Source: Eledone cirrhosa
Taxonomy: Eukaryota
Direction: 5' to 3'
Assembly (NCBI GenBank): GCA_964016885.1
Contig: OZ024744.1
Location: 102,362,001 to 102,426,000 of the forward strand
DNA length: 64,000 nucleotides
The stretch's first letter is position 1. Every line of letters starts with the position of its first letter. The notes beneath the pieces were generated by a model. The model was not told where the DNA came from. It searched no databases and was given only the letters and a program-made list of their open reading frames with translations. The position numbers and the translations under genes are program-made. Shown piece by piece: positions 11,198-23,176 of the stretch.

Positions 11198-12036
11198 CAG
11201 GATGCAAACGGTATTTGAGGATAGATTTATGGTTTTTAAAAAATGTTTATATAATAGAAAAAAAACTATTCTTATAAAAATAACAAACCTAAAAACTAAA
11301 TTATCAATTTAATAATTTCATTCAATAAAATCACCATAAGCATCAATAACTCCCTCTACGCGGGGTCGAAATCGTTTTCAAGCTCGGATTAAGTGGTCCT
11401 TGTTCATATCGGACATGACTCGAACTATGGTGGCTTTCAAAGAATCTTTAGTGCTATGAGGGTGTTCATTGACATTTTTCTCAACGATGCTCCATACATA
11501 GTAGTTCAGTGGATTGAGACCTGGAGAATTAGGAGGCCAAATGTTGGGGGTGATGTGATCATGCAAATTGTCAGCCATCCATTCTTGTGTGATGGTGCAG
11601 ATCTTGTTAAAAGTCATAAGGCCTTCCACTGCATACACTGTTGAACCAAGGCTTAACAACTTTATCCAGAACCTCAATATATGCAGCAGCATTCACCGTA
11701 AGGCCTTGTGGAAAAAAGTGAGGAGGCATCATATGTCCTTCATTGCTAACAACACCCAAAACCATCCCATTTGCAGGAAATTTTGTGTGCATTATTCTTG
11801 GAACCTCAGAAGGGTCAGCACATAGCCACCTGTCATTTATTCTGTTAGTTTTCTGGTCCTTGTCAAAGTTTTTCTCATCTGAGAAAAACCAAATCACCAT
11901 CTGATGGATTTTTAAGTTTGTTCAAAAGTCTTTTGGATCTGATTAAACGGTTTTCTTTTGTTTTTTTTCTGACATGAATTGACTTCTCATCACGTAAGAT
12001 TTGTATCTGATGTCTTCATGCACAACATTTCTGACG
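11198..12036 (-). mobile_element. Tc1/mariner superfamily transposon remnant (maT/DD37D-like), 3' half
   Basis: Frameshifted transposase with WFFSDEKNF, WPPNSPGLNPLNYYVW and C-terminal RFRPRVEGVIDAYGDFIE* (stop 11318-11320). A putative TIR start TA|CAGGATG lies at 11196-11204. Confidence 0.85.
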
Positions 12037-12039
12037 ACA

Positions 12040-12210
12040 GCTGTATAAAAAAGTGCAGGGCGATCAAAATTGATGGAAGTTAGAGTAGGTAGACCCAGAA
12101 AAACCTGGGGCGACATGATAAATTTCGACCTTGCATACTTACACCTCGCTAAGACAATGTCCCTGGATTGAAACCTTTGGTGCCACGCAGTACTACAGAA
12201 GACCTGCCTT
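12040..12210 (+). mobile_element. Short RTE-like LINE 3' fragment
   Basis: Encodes KKCRAIKIDG...GRPRKTW. Confidence 0.5.
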
Positions 12211-12479
12211 CCCTACATACAAAGTTAACTTACAGTCAGTAGGCCCCTCCTAACCAAATATACACCTCTACTCTATCATCCCACTCCCACCAACACCACC
12301 CTTTCTCTGTAAAGTTATGTTGGTACCGCAGAACACCCAGTCCAGTCCACGCTGTAAAGTGGTCATGTAAGAAACATGGTAAAAAGGCTCCCAGTCCTCA
12401 CTCTAAATGTGGTTGGTGTTAGGAAGGGCATCCCACCGTAGAAAACCTGCCATGTAGCATTACAGTTTGTATGCACGCA

Positions 12480-13190
12480 TCATGCAGTCTACTCTTCACT
12501 TTGAAAGAGAAGCCCTTTGTTGTCAGCAGAGGTATTAGCTCTCTAAACTTCTTCCAGCCTTTTCTGATCCTGGTTATCACACTTTCAGAGCACCTCTACT
12601 TCTACTGTGGATTTGATCACCTTGGTAACAACTTCTAAAGAATGTATTTCATGTGTGTTCTTAGTGCTTACTTCTTTTGTGTATTTGCCACATATAATGT
12701 CTATCTTTTCTTTTAATCTGCCTTCAATCCCCCTACATTTATTGTGCATCCATAGATTACAGTGTGTGCACCTTACAGAATGTCTGCCCATCTTTTTCTG
12801 ACATTGGACAAGGTCACTTCCCTGTTTTGTCCTCTTTTCTTCTTATTAATACTTTTGTCTTTGCTAAGTTTACTTTTAGGTCTTTCAGCTCTAGGTTTAT
12901 CCATGCTTGAAATGTTGCTTCTAACTCTCCTACAGATTCAGCTATGAGGACTAGGTCATCAGCATATAGGAGCTCTCAAAGAGTGCCAGTTATAAACTCC
13001 TCAGTGATGGCCTGAAGTACAATGATAAACAGAAGTAGACAGAGGACTGAGCTCTGGTGGACCCCCTACCTGCACATCAAATTCAGCACTACTCATTTCC
13101 AACCCTCACCCAGCTGGCTGCTCCTCTATACATGGTCTGTACTGATCTCACAAGCAATTTGCTTACACCTAGCTTCCTAAGTGCCCACCA
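12480..13190 (-). mobile_element. Degraded RTE-like LINE reverse transcriptase fragment
   Basis: Minus-strand ELLYADDLVLIA near 12942-12976, SVL.LLLFII upstream of it, and the Cys-rich segment SVRCTHCNLWMHNKC. Confidence 0.75.
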
Positions 13191-13239
13191 GATTATAGAT
13201 TATATAGTTAATCTTCACACATTTATTCTTGGGAGAGTC

Positions 13240-13965
13240 ATCAAGCACACCTTCCAGAAGGTCATGTCAGAAGTAACCATCTTCAATTGATCCGGCTGGA
13301 TTCTCAAATGAGACCAACCGAGCTTGTAGATGTTATACAACCATCTTGTCTGTACCATCAGAGCTGTGATCTCTCAATTTGAAGATGTAGCAGCTCTACC
13401 TGGAATGACTATGATCTCCGAGCTACATACTCTACCAAGTAACATTACCCCAAAGACCCTTTGGCGGAACCCCATTTTGGTTGCTTGTATTTGTGATCGT
13501 ATTCTTTCAGTCATTAAGATTCAAGACTATAGGTAAAAGTTGATTTGAAGATAGCTAGTTTGGCTTTTACGGCTTTCTCGCTTCTGGTTACTGAATGCTG
13601 AAGCTGGTGCATTACTGCACCAGCTCCTGCAATTCTACACTTAATTCAGCCTTCTGCCTTCTATCACCCATGAACATGGCCACAAAATACTTGAACTTCT
13701 CTATCTGATTCAGTGGAACTCCATTCACATATAGAGTACACTGTACAGGCTTCTTTGAGAGAACGAGTGTCTCAGTTTTCGCAGCACTGATTTTCATTCC
13801 AGCCATGTACCCTTCAGCATTAAACCTATCAAGTGCAAGTTGGAGATCACTTGTCGAGTTAAGTAATACCATGTCGACTGCAAATTCCAGACGATTGATT
13901 TTACACCTGCTAGTTATGATTCCACTTCCAACCTGGCTGTGCATGTCAATCCTGTTCATATAATA
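13240..13965 (-). mobile_element. Degraded RTE (BovB-like) LINE fragments
   Basis: ORF 13612..13995 reads LEFAVDMVLL (decayed FADD), LQLALDRF, GMKISAAKTE, QIEKFKYF. A further 3'-end piece lies near 13240-13375. Confidence 0.7.
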
Positions 13966-14744
13966 AAGGGAGGAGTGTGGGACTTTTTTATCCAATTAGT
14001 AAAATAAGTTGTATTACTTTGAATAAATAATGAATGAATATTACAATTTATGTACTAAATTTCATAACTCTTGATTAAATATAGATAATTTTATTGCTTA
14101 TTTCAAGATTCACTTCTTTAAAATTTTCAAATGTCAACACTTCTGGTTAGCGTCCGTTATATTATAACACTTATTACATCGCTTATATAAATGCTCATAT
14201 ATTTGTATCGTTATATAAGGTTTATATTTCCATTGCTAATTTTCTCCATATGCAGTTTATATATAATATCATATTTTTTAAATGTATCATGCATTACTTT
14301 ACTGATTACAGAAGGCAGTGTAACACAGGCTCTCTTCAATTTCTCTGGATATTCTCAATTACTATATATATATCATATCTACATACATGTATATTTGCGT
14401 ATAATATCAATATGCACACTACACATGCTAGCAGAAAAATACCTGAAGGGTGGTTTTTCTGCTAGTGTAAATAATGAACAGGAGAGGTGACAGTACATAC
14501 CCTTGGCGAAGTCCGATTCCCACATTGAATGGTTTTGATTTAACACCATTTATCTGAACACAAATACTTGGTTATTTGTGTAGAGACATCATGACAAGAA
14601 GTTGTCTATCAATCCTATACTCTTAAATTTCCTATTTGGCTCAATATACTTGGAAAATATTCTTCAGCTTGAATTTATCATTTTGAGTATTTCTGATGAT
14701 CTAATATTGTTGTGACGATGTAACTACTTTATATTACTGACTCC

Positions 14745-15005
14745 ATAAGAATCTTCTTCTTTGCCCACTTAATCCTGAGAGGGTCGTGGGGCCAGTGGGT
14801 CCTGACAGAAGCAACTGTCTCCAACTGATCTGACTGGAATCGCAAGTGAGACCAGCCATGCTTATGGATGTTTTCCAACCACCTTGCTTGGGGTTCATCC
14901 CTGGGGTTGCTGCTGGCTGGTTTTGCCTGTAAAACCTGTCCAGCAATTCTTTCCTGAGACGTTCTAACCACATGCCCATAGTATCAGAGCTGTGATCGCT
15001 AAGTT
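14745..15005 (-). mobile_element. RTE LINE 3' fragment, same family as 10565-10895
   Basis: YYGHVVRTSQERIAGQVLQAKP...PRDEPQARW. Confidence 0.7.
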
Positions 15006-15534
15006 CATAAGAGTGAAAGTCAAAATCATCTTTGGTGTGACTTGAACTCAGAAAGTATTGAAGTGATAAAAAGCCTTTTGTCTGTCACAGCAAATTCTTC
15101 CTTGTTTAGAAATAACAGTTGTTAAAAACACTAATAGGTAATAGTAGATCATGGAAAATATATTGATAATTATATAACATATACAAATTATTGATTAGTT
15201 CTATTTAAACTGCAATAATTTCTGTATAATTTTGTAAAATTAAAATATTAACGAGAATCTAGATTCTAAGAAATATTTGACAATTTCAAACATTAATTAC
15301 TGACAAATTACTAAGTGTGATATCAATTCTGTCACATCTGTGTTCATTAACATTATTATTCTGGCTACAACTCAACAATTTAAAAATTATGTTGGAGGCA
15401 GTTTATCACAGAAACTCTTAATCTTTAGTTACTAAACAAAGCAGAAATCCTCAATTATAGACCAACTTACAGAAAAAATAGGCATTCTATGTAAAATTGA
15501 TTCCCAATTAAAAATATAAAGTCTAAAATCTGTC

Positions 15535-15888
15535 TCAAGTCCAGAGGATCATTAGGCCGGTGTTTATTCCAGTTTCTGTGGCATTAAGTGACTGAGAGTT
15601 CAAGACTTCCCCCTGGACAGGATGCCAGTCCATTGCAGGGTTAAACCCCCACCTATTGTTGGTACTTATTTTCAGCTGAGTATACTGGAGCAACATGAAA
15701 TGAAGTGATCTGCTCAAGAACACAACAGATAACCCAGCCCAGGAATCGAACCCACATTATGATCATAAATCCAACACCCTTACCACTAGGCTGCACACCT
15801 TCACTGTGTATACTGGAGCAATGTGAAATGAAGTGAACGCAACACACAACCCAGCCCATTCATATCCCTAACATCCTTACCACAAGGC
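15535..15888 (-). mobile_element. tRNA-derived SINE plus a partial duplicate of its head
   Basis: Minus strand has A-box CCTAGTGGTAAGG, B-box GGTTCGATTCC, core TCTTGAGCAGATCACTTCATTTCA and ATGGACTGGCATCCTGTCCAGGGG. TATACTGGAGCAA..TGAAATGAAGTGA repeats at about 15809-15836. Confidence 0.7.
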
Positions 15889-16712
15889 TATAACGGCGGC
15901 GAAGATTCTAAACCGAATCTGAGCTTTCCCACCTCTGGGACAAGCCGTGGTTAGTTGTTTACGCCCGGCAAACCAACCCCTTGGGAGATGCTAACCACAG
16001 GTCAGAGGTTGTTTACGCCCGGCAAACCAACCCCTTGGGAGATGCTAACCACAGGTCAGAGGTTGTTTACGCCTGGCAGACCAACCTCTTGGGAGATGCT
16101 AACCACAGGTCAGAGGTTGTTTACGCCTGGCAAACCAACCTCTTGGGAGATGCTAACCACAGGTCAGAGGTTGTTTATGCCTGGCAGAAAAGAAGTCAGA
16201 TGATATATCTATCCTTCTAGCTACAACCCTTATAAATACAAGGGTTGTTTACACCCGGCAGAAAAAGTGGTACTACAGATAAAAGAGGAGGTATTCACTT
16301 ACGCTGTCAAACTCCCTTCACGAAAAACCAGTCTACCCACTAATTTCTCACACGCCATTCCCGCCTTGCTGATTGAATACTACCAACTGTTAAGACAAGA
16401 AAGTATACTAAAATGCACACACGCACACATAGTAAGTTCACACTGCTTGCATTTTTACACGCACCATTTCTGTTTGTCACATTGTATCTTTCAGAAACAA
16501 TACAAATTATATTATATAGTATTCTGTGATACTTGTATTTATGTGACTCGAAGAGCCACCAACTCATTGTATGAATATTTCATGTTATAGATTTTATCAT
16601 TCAATGTTCAAATTGAATATTGTTATAATAAAATAAACATTGTAACAACACAATCCTGGTATCATTCTTTGTATTGAAACCATCATACCAACAATTCCAT
16701 CTATTCGTTACA
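15889..16712 (+). repeat. 5' LTR (TATAACG...CGTTACA)
   Basis: Homologous to 18146-18890, imperfect terminal inverted repeats, AATAAA near the 3' end, followed by a PBS. Confidence 0.88.
15953..16188 (+). repeat. 54-bp tandem repeat (about 4.4 copies) in the LTR U3
   Basis: Unit GTTGTTTACGCC(C/T)GGCA(A/G)ACCAACC(C/T)CTTGGGAGATGCTAACCACAGGTCAGAG. Confidence 0.92.
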
Positions 16713-16714
16713 AC

Positions 16715-16725
16715 TGGTGACCCCG
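16715..16725 (+). promoter_or_regulatory. Primer-binding site, tRNA-Trp-like
   Basis: TGGTGACCCCG, 2 nt after the LTR, is complementary to the tRNA-Trp 3' end (...CGGGGUCACCA). Confidence 0.75.
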
Positions 16726-16763
16726 TGAAATAGACACACAACCTTCTGATTATTCACTACAAA

Positions 16764-17100
16764 TGATGTCCCTTACACACGACGATTCATCTACAGCAGA
16801 AATGGCAGTCCAGGTGGCGTTTAAGGATACCACCATTCTGGGTGCACGATCCAACACTGTGGTTCGCGCACATCGAAGCGCAGTTCGCAACGAACCGGAT
16901 CGTTAGCGAAGCATCTCGTCTCACACATGTCATTGGTTTGATGTCTCCGGAGATTAAGAATGAGGTTCGAGACCTCATTTTAGCACCACCCGGCTCTGTG
17001 TCATATGGCACATTTAAAACAACATTAATTAATTAAGAGGACGTCGGAGTCGCAGCAGAAGCGCTTGCACCAGCGCCTCATATCGGAGGAATTAGGAGAT
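16764..17100 (+). pseudogene. Gypsy gag N-terminal remnant
   Basis: VAFRIPPFWVHDPTLWFAHIEAQF...LMSPEIKNEVRDLILAPP...Y...K..LI, then frameshifted RTSESQQKRLHQ.LI.EELGD. Confidence 0.8.
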
Positions 17101-17760
17101 ACTTTACTCGTCTCCTCAGGTGTAAACACATCAGTACAACGGCGTATCACCCTGCAGCTAATGACATGGTAGAACATTTCCACCGTCAGCTAAATGGTTT
17201 GAATACCTCCCACTCATTCTTCTCGGTATTCGTTCCACTGTTAAGGAGGGAGTTGGACATTCTCTGGCTGAAATGGTTTATGGCACCGTACTCACTCTAC
17301 CCGGAAAAATGATCGCTCCTGTTTCGCCACAAGAACTTCCAGACGCAACAAAATATGTGCACCGTTTACGGTCATCGATGTCACATCTGTCTCCTTCAGC
17401 CCCTAAACAACAGCACGTTACTTCACACATATCAAAGGACATCGATACATGGACGCATGTTTTCGTTAGAAATGACAGTATTCCATTTCAACTTCCTCCG
17501 CCGTATTCCGGGCCCTATAAGGTGATACAGAAAAGCCCTAAGTATTTCATCCTCGACTTGAACGGGAAACGAAAGACCGTTTCCATTGACCGTTTAAAAA
17601 AAGCATTCATAGAACAGGATTTGCCACCAGTACCCACCGTTTCTCCAGCAGACTCACCAACAACTTTCCCCCGACACAAACACGACAAATTCTACACAAC
17701 CCCGACACACCAAATCTGGAAGAACAGTTCGATGGCCCACGCGATACGTACAAGTTTATC
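17101..17760 (+). pseudogene. Gypsy integrase C-terminal remnant
   Basis: TTAYHPAANDMVEHFHRQL, ILLGIRS, AEMVYG..L.LPG, HVFVRND, PPYSGPYKV (GPY/F motif), TVSIDRLKKAF. Confidence 0.85.
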
Positions 17761-18129
17761 GGATAAGTACAAATTATGCACCTGGTCGACATTTCAGCTA
17801 ATTTGTAGATTTCAATGAATCGGCCAATTTCTGTGGTCATGAACTATTGCTACACACAAATCAATTGACTCTGTGCATCACACACATCAATAGAACAGAC
17901 AAAAGGACATTTTTCCATTTCTATGAAATGAATGAACATTTTCAATATTATGTAACATCACAGTACATTTTCCTGCATGTAAATTTATTTTACTTTGCAT
18001 GTTTTCTTTCATTTCGCCTGTTTGTAAATGACTTTGTTTTTTTTTTCTGATTTACTTCAACAACACACCTAGTCATACCTATCTTAATTTCACATACACC
18101 TAGATTGTTCAATCTTTAGTTTTCTCACT

Positions 18130-18142
18130 GGAGGCGGGGGGG
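18130..18142 (+). promoter_or_regulatory. Polypurine tract
   Basis: GGAGGCGGGGGGG immediately upstream of the 3' LTR. Confidence 0.75.
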
Positions 18143-18145
18143 TAT

Positions 18146-18890
18146 TATAACGATGGCGAAGATTCGAAACCGAATCTGAGCTTTCCCGCCTCTGTGACAA
18201 GCCATGGTTAGTTGTTTACGCCCGGCAGACCAAACATTTGGGAGATGCTAAACACAGGTCAGAGGTTGTTTACGCCTGGCAAAAAAAGAGGTCAGATATA
18301 TCTATCCTTCTAAGTTGTTTACGACTGGCAGACCAACCCCTTGGGAGATTCTAACCAAAGGTCAGAGGATATATCTCTCCTTCTAACTTCAACCCTTATA
18401 TATACAAGAGTTTTTTACGCCCTGGAGCAGAAAAGGTGATACACAGACAAGAAATGAGGTATTTCACATACGCTGCCAAATCTCCCTTCACGAAAAACGT
18501 CTGTCTACTAATTTCTAATTAGTAGACAGACCTTACATGCTTGACTGAGTGATTACTACTACGGCTAAAACAAGGAAGTAAGCTACACAAACATGGTAAG
18601 TTCACACTGTTTTCATTTTACACGCACCATTTCTGTCATTCACATTGTATCTTTCAGATACAATACAAATTATATTATAATCGTATCCTGTGATACTTGT
18701 ATTTACGTGACTCGAAGAGCCACCAACTCATTGTATGAATATTTCATGTTATAGATTTTATCATTCAATATTCAATATTCAAATTGAATATTGTTATAAT
18801 AAAATAAACATTGTAACAACACAATCCTGGTATTATTCTTTGTATTGAAACCATCATACCAACAATTCCATCTATCCACTATCCGTTACA
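18146..18890 (+). repeat. 3' LTR (TATAACG...CGTTACA)
   Basis: Homologous to the 5' LTR, with fewer and rearranged 54-bp units. Confidence 0.88.
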
Positions 18891-18907
18891 ACTGGAATAT
18901 TCACTAC

Positions 18908-20697
18908 AATAGAACAGTTCTATAGTAGGATGGTGTGTCACCAGATATATCAGGTGTGACTATAGAACAGTTCTATAGCAGCATGGTGTGTCACCAGATA
19001 TATAAGGTGTGGCACAATAGAACAGTTCTATAGTAGGATGGTGTGACACTGTAGAACAGTTCTATAGATTGATGGTGTGTCACCAGATATATCAGGTGTG
19101 ACACTATAGAACAGTTCTATAGTAGGATGGTGTGTCACCAGATATATCAGAGCTGACACTATAGAACAGTTCTATAGTAGGATGGTGTGTCACCAGATAT
19201 ATCAGGTGACACTGTAGAACAGTTCTATAGTAGGATGGTGTGTCACCAGATATATCAGGTGTGACACTATAGAATAGTTCTATAGTAGGAAGGTCTGTCA
19301 CCAGATATATCAGGTGTGACACTATAGAACAGTTCTCTAGTAGGATGGTGTGTCACCAGATATAACAAGTATGACACTATAGAACAGTTCTATAGTAGGA
19401 TGGTGTGTCACCAGATATATCAGGTGTGACTCTATAGAACAGTTCTATAGTAGGATGGTGTGTAACCAGATATATCAGGTGTGGCACTATATAACTGTTC
19501 TATAGTAGGATGGTGTGTCACCAGATATATCAGAGGTGACACTATAGAACAGTTCTATAGTAGGATTGTGTGTCACCAGATATATCAGAGGTGACACTAT
19601 AGAACACATCTATAATAGGATGGTGTGTCACCAGATATATCAGAGGTGACACTATAGAACACATCTATAGTAGGATGGTGTGTCACCAGATATATCAGGT
19701 GTGACACTATAGAACATTTCTATAGTAGGATGGTGTGTCACCAGATATATCAGGTGTGACACTATAGAACATTTCTATAGTAGGATGGTGTGTCACCAGA
19801 TATATCAGGTGTGACACTATAGAACATTTCTATAGTAGGATGGTGTGTCACCAGATATATCAGAGGTGACACTATAGAACAGTTCTATAGTAGGATGGTG
19901 TGTCACCAGATATATCAGTTATGACACTATAGAACAGTTCTATAGTAGGATGGTGTGTCACCAGATATATCAGGTGTGACACTATAGAACAGTTCTATAC
20001 TAGGATGGTGTGTCACCAGATAAATCAGAGATGACACCATAGAACAGTTCTAGAGTAGGATGGTGTGTCACCAGATATATAAGGTGTGACACTATAGAAC
20101 AGTTCTATAGTAGGATGGTATGTCACCAGATATATTAGATGTGACACTATAGAACAGTTCTATAGTAGGATGGTGTGTCACAAGATATATAAGTTGTGAC
20201 ACTATGGCACAGTTCTATAGTAGGATGGTGTGTCACCAGATATATCACAGCTGACACTATAGAACAGTTCTATAGTTTCATGGTGTGTCACCAGATATAT
20301 CAGAGGTGACACTATAGAACAGTTCTATAGATTGATGGTGTGTCACCAGATATATCAGAGCTGACCCTATAGAACAGTTCTATAGTATGATGCTGTGTCA
20401 CCAGATATATCAGGTGTGACACTATAGAACAGTTCTATAGTAGGATGGTGTGTCACCAGATAAATCAGGTGTGACACTCTAGAACAGTTCTATAGTAGGA
20501 TGGTGTGTCACCAGATAAATCAGGTGTGACACTATAGAACAGTTCTATAGTAGGATGGTGTGTCACCAGATATATCAGAGGTGACACTATAGAAGAGTTC
20601 TATCGCAGGATGGTGTGTCACCAGATATATCAAGGGTGACACTATAGAACAATTCTATAGTAGGATGGTGTGTCACCAGATATATCAGGTGTGACAC
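18908..20697. repeat. 55-bp satellite, proximal array (about 32 monomers)
   Basis: Consensus GACACTATAGAACAGTTCTATAGTAGGATGGTGTGTCACCAGATATATCAG(GTGT/AGGT). Confidence 0.97.
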
Positions 20698-23176
20698 TGT
20701 AGTAAAACGCCTCACGCCTCTTGATAGAACAACCCAAGTTATCTCCCGCTGGTTGAGAATGCGAGGAGAAAAACAGACAGCCACTGAAAAGCAGACTGAT
20801 CACACGCCAGAAACCAGCCTCTGTACCACACCATTGTTTGTGCTACATCAAAAATAAACATATATTTCATTTCTAATTTCTGCTGTTGAAATCATTATTA
20901 TGTCACTCGTGTCTCAAAAACATCTATAATCCATATTGCTAAAGTGGTGACTGACGTAAGAATTTAACACAGCCCTTCTTTTTTATTCAGTTGAACTTTT
21001 ATTGCCACGTTGCCAACCTTTTCGCAACTTGCGAAAATACAATATATTCCTTTCAAAATTATTTTTTTGAAAAATGAGCAGTATTTCAAAAAACTTTTCG
21101 CCACGAGGGAATTTCAAAATGGCCACCAACAGGTCCTGTCTACAATCAACAACAACGACAGCAGCAGCAGCGACAGCATTGTTTAACCACTGACCAAAAC
21201 AGGGAATAGTGAGTGGCAGCTTCATAGCCTTACCGACGCAAACCACCACACATCGGAAATTTCAAAATGGCTTGTAACTTTACCGACGCAACCACCATAC
21301 CTTCTGTCTCGTTACCACAGGGACTCGAGAAATTGAGACAGTAGTTTTCTCACCATTATGGCGTCAGAAGTGGCTGCCATGTTGGACTCTGGGTTCTTCA
21401 GCGCTTGACTGCTACTCTACAGAAGATTCATTGACTTTGCTTTAACAACAAAACTTTATGTCACACAGGGTGGCAAGACGGTAGAATGGCCACGAAAACT
21501 CTCAAAAACACCATACATCTAACCCCTAACGGCATTAACAAACTTCTTTTTCAGTTTTCAGATAGAACTAGTGTCAGAAAGTCTGTACACTGGTGACGTG
21601 TGAACTATTTGACTTTGAAAAACTTTGAACTTATTGAGCAATTTCTCTGCTCCCTTAGACTGACTTTGAATTATCAGTTTGTTACATTCACATATTTCTT
21701 TGTAGAATGCATTTACTTGTTTTGTGCTCTTTTGCTATTTGCTTGCTCATGGTTTTTGTTCATTCACATTCTTTGCTGTTTTACATGCCTGCATATGCAC
21801 ACATTTTTTTATCACATACCAACATGTTGTTCTTGGTATATCTTCTTCAAACGTAATATTCTGCGAGTCCCTTTTCACCTGGTTGAGGTGCTGTCACATG
21901 CTAGCAGCTCACAGAGCTTAATCCACTGGATTCAAACAGGCACCGCAACACGAGAATACTAATTGCAGCTGAACTCAAACAGCTTCGTATCTTGTTGCAC
22001 ACTGATCGTCCATGACGGCCATCCGTCTTGTTGTTTTTGCCCGACTCGCTGGGAAAGCAACAAATTGAACTGGACTTGTCAGCATTTCAGCCACTTCTGT
22101 GGATTCGCCCAAATTATGGAATTGACACTGCAACCCACCTACAGATTAAACTTGCTTTTTTTTTTTTTCTTTACAAAGCAACCAGCCATTTTTTCCTGGC
22201 TCCACAGCACATTCGACAATACATCTGGGGGGCCTTCATTTTCTCGCCAGCACTGGTAAACTACCATAATAGCTTCGTTTACAGCTACTGGTACAACGCT
22301 TACCATTAACATTTAATGCAAGAACAGAAACTTCGCCCATGTCAGACTTTATCTGTTTTCTGGTAGGCCCTTGAGGGTCTCGTTTAAACTACAAAACAGC
22401 TAGTCATTTGACAGCGGCTCAACACGGCCCGTCGCGCCTAATTTTTTTTTGTTCTTGCATGAATCTTTCTGCTCAATTATTTTTTCACTGATGTGCTCTT
22501 TCAGCATTTGTTATTGCTGATTCAATAATATGTGGGTCCTTGGTTTCTTCGTTATCGATTTTCGGCTGAAAATCTGCTCGGAGGTGATGTAGTGACCTAC
22601 ATTCCGCGAGCTCACATACATTCTCTGTGCGTGATTTGGCTCAGTTCAGCCAATCAGCGCCAGTAGAAGAGGATGTATCCCTACGCGCCCTGAGGAAGAA
22701 ATTCCCCGCGAAGATTTGAAGAATCTCTCTCTTGTACCAGAAACTTCGAGCCAGCAACACGCATAATGTAACGGTGAGATATTGCACCCTAGCCTCGCCG
22801 GCTTTTCGGTGCAATGGCACATTCCCTTGTGTAACCTCTTTTTATATGTAACTTCAACCATATAAGTTAACAAACATTGTGTGTGCTACATCAAAAATAA
22901 ACATACATTTCATCTCTAATTTCTGCTGTTGAAATCATTATTATGTTACTCGTGTCTCAATAACATCTATAATCCATGCTGCTGGAATTGGCGACTTGAC
23001 AAAAGGAATATTGTAAATACAAAGATGGTAAATAGATCGAGGGACCTTCCCTCACGTCTATGTCGATAAGACAATCCAATGAGGATACTATTATTTTACC
23101 ACACTGGCAAATCACGACCATCATTCAACTACCCTGTTAAAGTGGCGACCACAACTACTTCATTCTCTGCTAAAAT
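20698..23176 (+). mobile_element. Degenerate LTR-retrotransposon-like insert interrupting the satellite
   Basis: 103-bp direct repeat with AATAAA (20832-20934 and 22875-22977). Each copy lies in a block starting TGTAGT (20698, 22588) and is followed by a PBS-like TGGTGAC (20945) or TGGCGAC (22989). A purine run GGAGGTGA precedes 22588. No intact ORF. Confidence 0.6.

Larger units (their letters stand above)
15889..18890 (+). mobile_element. Internally deleted non-autonomous Ty3/Gypsy LTR retrotransposon
   Basis: Two homologous LTRs, PBS, PPT, and a gag N-terminus joined directly to an integrase C-terminus. Confidence 0.9.

Noticed and set aside
15953-16188. LTR 54-bp repeat as the source of the 55-bp satellite
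   Set aside because: Similar period and adjacency, but no alignable similarity beyond a few bases (GTCAGAGGT, AGATATATC).
15955-16220. ORFs with 18-aa repeats (FTPGKPTPWEMLTTGQRL)
   Set aside because: Translation of the 54-bp LTR tandem repeat, not conserved as an ORF in the 3' LTR.
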